Shown here piece by piece: positions 58,379 through 64,000 of a stretch of DNA of 64,000 nt (positions are counted from its first letter, which is position 1; every line of letters starts with the position of its first letter). The stretch is from Ignavibacteria bacterium UBA2333. GTDB taxonomy: Bacteria > Bacteroidota > Ignavibacteria > Kapaibacteriales > Kapaibacteriaceae. The notes below the pieces were generated by a model. It worked only from the letters and a program-made list of their open reading frames with translations, ran no database searches and was not told the origin of the DNA. Location: the NCBI GenBank assembly GCA_002344895.1, contig DDUR01000101.1:64623-128622 (forward strand), written 5' to 3'. Both the position numbers and the translations under genes were made by a program.

Positions 58379-60826
58379 TTAGCGTGAAACGACTACTGTC
58401 AAAGCAGCGCGTTCTGCGCCATTTGATGCAACAATCGTGTACATGCCGGCAGCTAGATCAGCTGCGTTAACAACAACGCGCTCTGTACCATTCACAGAAC
58501 CGTTAAAGATCGTAGCAACCGTGCGACCCATGTTGTCAACAACTGTGACGTTGATATTGTCAACAGCTGTAATGTCAATCGTGCTGTTACCAACTACTGG
58601 GTTCGAGCCCGTGAGGCGCATAGCGATTGCGCCCGTGGCACTTGCCGTTTCGGTTTCGACGCTGCTTGTACCTGAAGCTGCACCATTCAGCGTGATCGAC
58701 GGATTTGTCGACGCATTCGAAGCAAGAACAACGCGAGCTGTGTGCAGTTGCTTTACTTCCGTCGGAGCATAACGAACCGTGAACGTATGTGTTCCGTTAG
58801 GAGCAACAGTGATCGTTTGACCTGAACCTGGTTGACCGGCTGTGATGTCAAAGGCCGTAGCATCGGTTCCCGCAAGATCAATTGCCGAAATGATGAGTGG
58901 AGCCTTGCCTGAGTTCGTGATCGTAATCGTTTCGTCCTTCGTTGTATTGACGGTAATACTACCGAAGTTTACTGACGAACGATTGAGTGTGATGGCTGGG
59001 CCATTCGCATTATCAGCAGCAAGAAGCCACGTAAGTGCCTTATTGCCATAATTACGACGAGCCGTCTGTCCGGATGGACCAATCAGTTCCTGATTCCACG
59101 TCTGGTAAACAACCTTACCACCGTTCGGGCCAACTACGCGAATACCAGCGGCTTTATTGCCGTCGTAATTTGCAATAACCGTTGCCTGTGAGCTGGTGGA
59201 GAGGCCGATGACTTCAGAAGCTTGTGTGTAGAATGGCCATGATGCTGAGTTGTATTCGTTGAGTGTGGCTGACAAGCCACCGCCTACAACATCATTCTGA
59301 ACTCCCGTTACGCGGAACGTCTGTAATTGAATGACGTTACCACTTTGTACGGAACGGGAAATGAGATCCTCTTGAACTGGCTGCACCATTCCAAGAGCTT
59401 CAACCCAAGCGCGGAAATCGCCCGAGATTGACGCATACTGTGGATTGTAGGCAATTGCCCTATCGAGTGACGATTGGAACCAAACACTCTTCGATGAAGC
59501 TTCGAGGCTACGAACAATAGGGCCGAGAATCATACCATAACCACGGTTAATGAAGTCAACGTCAAAAACGTTTACATCAAAGTCCGCAGGATTGTAGGCG
59601 GCAATGATCGGATCAGCCAACGGGAGTGCCGTTGTGTACGAGCTATGCGTCTGAGCATTCAAGGCATCCGAAAGTGTTACACCTGCACCATTAGCCGAAC
59701 CAAGCCAGGAAATAACACGAGCTCCATTTGTGAGATAGCCCCACTGTCCGGTTGTGTTGATGGCAACCACACCAGGTGAAGGTGTAACGATTGGTTCCGC
59801 AACAATTGTAATTGGAGCAAAACCGACTGCGTTAGGAGCTTGAACTGAGTAGTTGATCGTCGCAGAAGCACCGGCTGCCAAAGGCACTTGAGCTGGATTT
59901 AATGACGCTGTCCAACCAGCCGTCTGCAGATCAGCATTGTTGCTAATAAAAACACGAGCTGTAACTGCCTTCGACGACGGATTTGTGACCGTTACTGTTC
60001 CTGTTTTGGTAGCACCCTGATCGATACGATCCCAGATCGTACCATTGATCGCCATTTCAAGGCGAACTTCTTCGAGGTTCGTACCAGCTTGTAGAATCTC
60101 GCCTGTTGGCGTCTGAACGAATGCAATGACGTATTGCTGTCCGGTTGGCCAAAGGGCACCCGTACCGACTGTATAGGTCAGGTCGAACGTTTTCTCTTCA
60201 CCTTGTGTGATATCAAACGTTGTACCGTCTTGACTTGGCAGCATACGCAGCATTGCGTCGCTGAACTCTGTCTCGCCGTTGCTGTATTGGAGTTCATTCG
60301 GAAGATTCGGCAATGTTGTTTTCCGTGAAACAACAACAACGTGTAGACGGTGACCAGTAAGATCTTGGTCTGAACGAACCTTTACCTGTACGGCACGATT
60401 GGCTGTGCCGGTTTCCGATACCGTGACCAGAAGAGGAGATTCCGTGCCACCAGCAGTAATGCGTGCACGAAGAGCTTGTTCGTCACGTGGATCAACGGCT
60501 ACTGGTCCATTAAAACGTGCCGTTGGAATACTACTGACACCGTATAGGTTTTGCCGCGCCCCATTTTGGGAGCTGTTTGCAACATACCATGGATCACCAG
60601 GTGCAGGGAAGTTCAGATGATAACGGATTGAAAGAACCCGTTCTTGGACATTAACAACTCTTTCCATCACCGGTCCAGCTGCGACACATGGTCCGCAGGT
60701 TGCACTAGTGAATTGCTCGATCAGGTGATAACGTGGCCAAGCTGCTTCGGCATTCGATCCGAAGGCAAAACTCATTACTGCCATGCTTCCCAAGACGAGC
60801 GTACGAACAAAGGCGCGAGCGCTCAT
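58379..60826 (-). CDS. secreted T9SS cargo protein with N-terminal thioredoxin-like CGPC domain
   Basis: Start MSARAFVRT with AGGAG RBS; TSATCGPC motif; T9SS CTD (AGMYTIVASNGAERAALTVVVSR). Confidence 0.6.
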   Translation of the reverse strand: MSARAFVRTLVLGSMAVMSFAFGSNAEAAWPRYHLIEQFTSATCGPCVAAGPVMERVVNVQERVLSIRYHLNFPAPGDPWYVANSSQNGARQNLYGVSSIPTARFNGPVAVDPRDEQALRARITAGGTESPLLVTVSETGTANRAVQVKVRSDQDLTGHRLHVVVVSRKTTLPNLPNELQYSNGETEFSDAMLRMLPSQDGTTFDITQGEEKTFDLTYTVGTGALWPTGQQYVIAFVQTPTGEILQAGTNLEEVRLEMAINGTIWDRIDQGATKTGTVTVTNPSSKAVTARVFISNNADLQTAGWTASLNPAQVPLAAGASATINYSVQAPNAVGFAPITIVAEPIVTPSPGVVAINTTGQWGYLTNGARVISWLGSANGAGVTLSDALNAQTHSSYTTALPLADPIIAAYNPADFDVNVFDVDFINRGYGMILGPIVRSLEASSKSVWFQSSLDRAIAYNPQYASISGDFRAWVEALGMVQPVQEDLISRSVQSGNVIQLQTFRVTGVQNDVVGGGLSATLNEYNSASWPFYTQASEVIGLSTSSQATVIANYDGNKAAGIRVVGPNGGKVVYQTWNQELIGPSGQTARRNYGNKALTWLLAADNANGPAITLNRSSVNFGSITVNTTKDETITITNSGKAPLIISAIDLAGTDATAFDITAGQPGSGQTITVAPNGTHTFTVRYAPTEVKQLHTARVVLASNASTNPSITLNGAASGTSSVETETASATGAIAMRLTGSNPVVGNSTIDITAVDNINVTVVDNMGRTVATIFNGSVNGTERVVVNAADLAAGMYTIVASNGAERAALTVVVSR

Positions 60827-61027
60827 GGATTGCTCCTTACAGGAAAAAAAACGTGTACGAATTGCAGGTTCAAGCTTTCGCATTCGCCAAATATAGTAGA
60901 CGGCACTGCTTCTTCAACAGGCCACTACGCTTTCACGAACACATGTCCGACCCACCGTTCGGCACTTTGTTACAGAAACTAAGCCCGATCGTGGATAATT
61001 GCAGCTTTTCTCGGCCTTTTACCGGTT

Positions 61028-62899
61028 TTAGCGGCGATTTTTGCCGGATTTGCCGTTACTGCGATTTTCGTTACGGGGCGAACGGGGCCGGGCAGCTCCG
61101 CTGCCCGAACCACCAGCCTGACGCTGTTGTTCAGCCATTTCCTGCATGAGGGCCATCCGCTTCTGCAACCATGACTCTTTTTTCGGCATTGCCTTGAGCT
61201 CGGCAAGTGTCGGCTGATTCCTCGAGAACTTCGTCATCCACAATTGCTGGGCGATGCCTAGCACGTTAAAAATGAAGTAGTAGAGATTCAACCCCGCCGG
61301 AAGCGTACTAAACATGAGTGTCAACATGACTGGCATGAGGTAGACCATTGCCTTCTGGCGCGGATCCGTAATAGCCTGTTTCTGTTGAATGAAAAGCGTC
61401 GCACCCATTACAAGCGCAAGACCACTAAACTTGTCGATATTAAAGAGCGGTAGCTTGAACGGTAGTTCGAAGATCACGTCGGGAACACTGAGGTCTGTCA
61501 GCCACACATCAAGAAACGCTGCCTGGCGGAGTTCGATGTTGAGATTGAGGACACTATACAGAGCGTAGAGAAACGGCATCTGTAGGAGAAGTGGTAGACA
61601 TCCTCCAGCGGGATTGATACCATATTCTGCATAGAGCTTCATTGTTTCCTGACTCTGCCGCTGCTGATCATCCTTGTACTTTTCTCGTATGTCCGTCATA
61701 AGCGGTGCGAGCAGCTTCATTTTCTGCGCCGACTTCATCTGCGTGATGCTCAATGGATAGAGCAACAGCTTCATGAGAATTGCAAACAGGATGATTGCAA
61801 CACCATAATTAGGGATACCGGTATGTATGAGTTTGAGTACTGGCAACATGAAGTACTCGCCAATAGGTTTGACGATCCACTTCCACCCAAAATTCATTAC
61901 GTCCGTGAGACCATATCGTGCAAGTGTATCGTATTGCATCGGCCCAGCATATAGCGTAAGCTTTTGCGTTGTGCGTTCGCCACGGTACGGTACACGTACA
62001 GTTAATGAGAACTTTTCGATCGATCCGTCGTCAGGGGCTCCATACTTGCGGCCTCGTACTTCTGCTTGACCGTCGAAGTTGAGTGGTGGCAGGAGTGCTA
62101 CCGTAAAGTACTTGGAGCGTGTCGCCAGCCATTCGATTCGTCCGGTAATTGCAGTCGTATCATCAATTCGATAATCTGACGCATCGATCTCGGCAATGTC
62201 GCCGCTTGTCGTAATCATTGCAACGGCGTTGTTTGACTCGTCTACGGATGATTTTTCCTGATACCGAATGCCATGCGACCAGCCAAGGTTTACGAGCCGA
62301 TTGGCGGCAGGAATGACATCGTTCAGCTTTTCCATCGTGAACTCGGTCCGGACGTCGTAGGTCGAACCCGAAAACGTATACGTCCGAACAATGGTACCAC
62401 CCGTTACTGTCTTCGCCGTACCACGGATTGTTACGGTTGATGAACCTGTAACACGTATTGAATCTGTCGGCACGTCCCACACAAACGGTACCATGGGTGC
62501 TGAAATCTTCGCGCCGTTCACCGTCCGAAAGTTAAAGCCGAATTCATGTGCTCCAGGCTGAATGAGGTCTACGCGAGCTAACGTGTCAATATCCTTATAC
62601 CATGGACGGTAGTCGTTGAGCTGCCATGAACGAATAGTGGCTCCGCGTGAGCTCAAGCGAACTCGGAGAACGTCCGTCACGATGGTCAGTGTGCGCTCAG
62701 GTGCTGGTTCAAAGAGTTGCACATCCTTGGGTTCCGTTTGCCCTGTTCTCGCAACAATTGCTGAAGAATCAGCTACCTCCCTGCGGCGCGCCGTCTGTTC
62801 AGGTGTGACGTCCGTTGTCTGCATGGTACTCTGGAAAAACATCCAGATACCAACGATCAGACCAATGAGAACCATTCCAATAATCGAGTTACGGTCCAT
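61028..62899 (-). CDS. yidC: membrane protein insertase YidC (long Bacteroidota-type periplasmic domain)
   Basis: C-terminal 5-TM Oxa1 core, basic tail; synteny with yidD-rnpA-rpmH. Confidence 0.9.
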   Translation of the reverse strand: MDRNSIIGMVLIGLIVGIWMFFQSTMQTTDVTPEQTARRREVADSSAIVARTGQTEPKDVQLFEPAPERTLTIVTDVLRVRLSSRGATIRSWQLNDYRPWYKDIDTLARVDLIQPGAHEFGFNFRTVNGAKISAPMVPFVWDVPTDSIRVTGSSTVTIRGTAKTVTGGTIVRTYTFSGSTYDVRTEFTMEKLNDVIPAANRLVNLGWSHGIRYQEKSSVDESNNAVAMITTSGDIAEIDASDYRIDDTTAITGRIEWLATRSKYFTVALLPPLNFDGQAEVRGRKYGAPDDGSIEKFSLTVRVPYRGERTTQKLTLYAGPMQYDTLARYGLTDVMNFGWKWIVKPIGEYFMLPVLKLIHTGIPNYGVAIILFAILMKLLLYPLSITQMKSAQKMKLLAPLMTDIREKYKDDQQRQSQETMKLYAEYGINPAGGCLPLLLQMPFLYALYSVLNLNIELRQAAFLDVWLTDLSVPDVIFELPFKLPLFNIDKFSGLALVMGATLFIQQKQAITDPRQKAMVYLMPVMLTLMFSTLPAGLNLYYFIFNVLGIAQQLWMTKFSRNQPTLAELKAMPKKESWLQKRMALMQEMAEQQRQAGGSGSGAARPRSPRNENRSNGKSGKNRR

Positions 62900-62905
62900 T
62901 GTTTT

Positions 62906-63169
62906 CTACGATTGCGGATTCGCGGTCGACGAATCTCGTGAGTGTTCGGAACAGGGCACAGGGTCGTACCCCCCAGGATGAAATGGATGGCAGCGGAGAA
63001 TTCGACGAATCGACAACCACGATCCACGAATGGCTCCGTGACATCGAATGGCTTCCATGGCATACTGTGAACATGTCGGCTCAAATCGACATGACGACGC
63101 ATACATCGGTGAAATGGCGCTGCGATAAAAACGCACCAAGAAGGTGAGGAGGTGCGCTAGTGGACTCAT
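62906..63169 (-). CDS. yidD: membrane protein insertion efficiency factor YidD
   Basis: YRSAISPM...[17 protein letters not shown] motif; start trimmed to MSPLAHLL. Confidence 0.8.
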   Translation of the reverse strand: MSPLAHLLTFLVRFYRSAISPMYASSCRFEPTCSQYAMEAIRCHGAIRGSWLSIRRILRCHPFHPGGYDPVPCSEHSRDSSTANPQS

Positions 63170-63567
63170 GCTGGACCCGCCGGCTGTGAGATCCGTTGAA
63201 TTCCTTTTACGATGGCTTTCTCCACTACCGGCAGCACGTCGTGGAGCCCAATGAGAGACGCTGATTCCGGGGCTTCTCTCCAGATCGTAACAATGGTTGT
63301 GATTCCTGCTACTCGGCACTGCTCTTCGTGGTCTGTGAGTACGCGGCGTAGTGACTCTCGGAGCAAGCGCTTGATTCTGTTGCGTACCACTGCCGACTTG
63401 GCAACCCTCTTCGGTACTGATACACCATAACACAATGTATCCTCAGCATGGCCGCTTCCAAGTGTGCTCTTCCCTACCGTCAAGGATAACGGGCCGACGG
63501 TTACCCGACGGCCCGTTCGAACGGCCGATTCAAAAGCGCCGAAGCCCTTCAGTGGACGAAGGACCAT
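63166..63567 (-). CDS. rnpA: ribonuclease P protein component
   Basis: [21 protein letters not shown] motif; start trimmed to MVLRPLKG, downstream of rpmH stop. Confidence 0.8.
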   Translation of the reverse strand: MVLRPLKGFGAFESAVRTGRRVTVGPLSLTVGKSTLGSGHAEDTLCYGVSVPKRVAKSAVVRNRIKRLLRESLRRVLTDHEEQCRVAGITTIVTIWREAPESASLIGLHDVLPVVEKAIVKGIQRISQPAGPA

Positions 63568-63577
63568 GGCATGCGGA

Positions 63578-63724
63578 TTAACGGGATGAACTGACGGACA
63601 GACGGTAACGTCCCTTCGCACGACGACGATTGAGGACCTTACGTCCGTTTTTCGTAGCCATACGGGCACGAAATCCGTGCGTGTTCACGCGCTTGCGCTT
63701 GCTTGGTTGGTATGTGCGTTTCAT
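63578..63724 (-). CDS. rpmH: 50S ribosomal protein L34
   Basis: Hand translation [44 protein letters not shown]..; missed by ORF track (short). Confidence 0.9.
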   Translation of the reverse strand: MKRTYQPSKRKRVNTHGFRARMATKNGRKVLNRRRAKGRYRLSVSSSR

Positions 63725-63781
63725 GACTAGACCTTACTTCGATTACGTTCCTGTTGAGAGAACGGCAAATATAGGGAACAA

Positions 63782-63979
63782 TCAGTTGATGTTCGCCATA
63801 CCCTGCGGGAACGGTGGTTGCTGGCCATCAACGACGATTTCACCGTATTGGTGCTCGAATTTGGCGATGTTATCGCCAAGAGCGTGGAGGAGTAACTTGG
63901 CGTGCTGAGGTGTCATGACGATCCGCGCATGGACACGAGCCTTGGGAACACCAGGTAGGATCCTCGTAAAATCGATCAC
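63782..63979 (-). CDS. small DUF3467-like hypothetical protein (GTG start; may extend past window edge)
   Basis: ORF only; sequence ..RVHARIVMTPQHAKLLLHALGDNIAKFEHQYGEI resembles DUF3467 from memory. Confidence 0.3.
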   Translation of the reverse strand: MIDFTRILPGVPKARVHARIVMTPQHAKLLLHALGDNIAKFEHQYGEIVVDGQQPPFPQGMANIN

Positions 63980-64000
63980 AAACTCCGCCGGGGAGTGCGA

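Overview
This is a moderately GC-rich, gene-dense bacterial chromosome segment. The gene content points to the Bacteroidota/FCB group: seven proteins end in type-IX secretion (T9SS) C-terminal sorting domains, there is a GWxTD protein, the ribosome-binding sites are weak, and there are two tandem MalT-type regulators. The right end carries the conserved origin-proximal cluster rpmH-rnpA-yidD-yidC. Core genes found include relA/spoT, nuoJ-nuoK and (25 kb away) nuoA-nuoB, tRNA-Leu(CAA) and tRNA-Val(TAC), NifU-like and Mrp/ApbC Fe-S proteins, anmK, an acyl-CoA dehydrogenase, a giant TamB-like protein, an isocitrate-dehydrogenase-family enzyme, thiolase, atpD-atpC, guaB, an M24 aminopeptidase, glycosyltransferases, a fused cytochrome-b/HdrD-like Fe-S protein and a CoA-transferase. 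I found no integrase, transposase, CRISPR array, restriction-modification or other recognisable defence genes, so I cannot point to a classical mobile or defence island. The most unusual signals are three. (1) A dispersed family of short tandem repeats sharing the core CCCGGTGA(G/A)TCTC sits immediately 3' of three genes and also in-frame inside anmK, where it encodes a (SPGESH)n insertion. (2) Two perfect 12-3-12 palindromes, each followed by a T-tract, lie in tandem after the gene at 2582-3262. (3) A roughly 13 kb island carries secreted T9SS cargo proteins (DUF4397-like, Ig-like and a large 761-aa T9SS CTD protein) around two translationally coupled MalT-like STAND/LuxR regulators. Other points of note are a 130-aa C-terminal extension on the isocitrate-dehydrogenase-like gene that overlaps the only ATG start of the TamB-like gene, two T9SS cargo proteins with thioredoxin CxxC motifs, and a fragmented nuo gene arrangement. 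All functional calls come from motif-level reading of the supplied translations. No database search was run.
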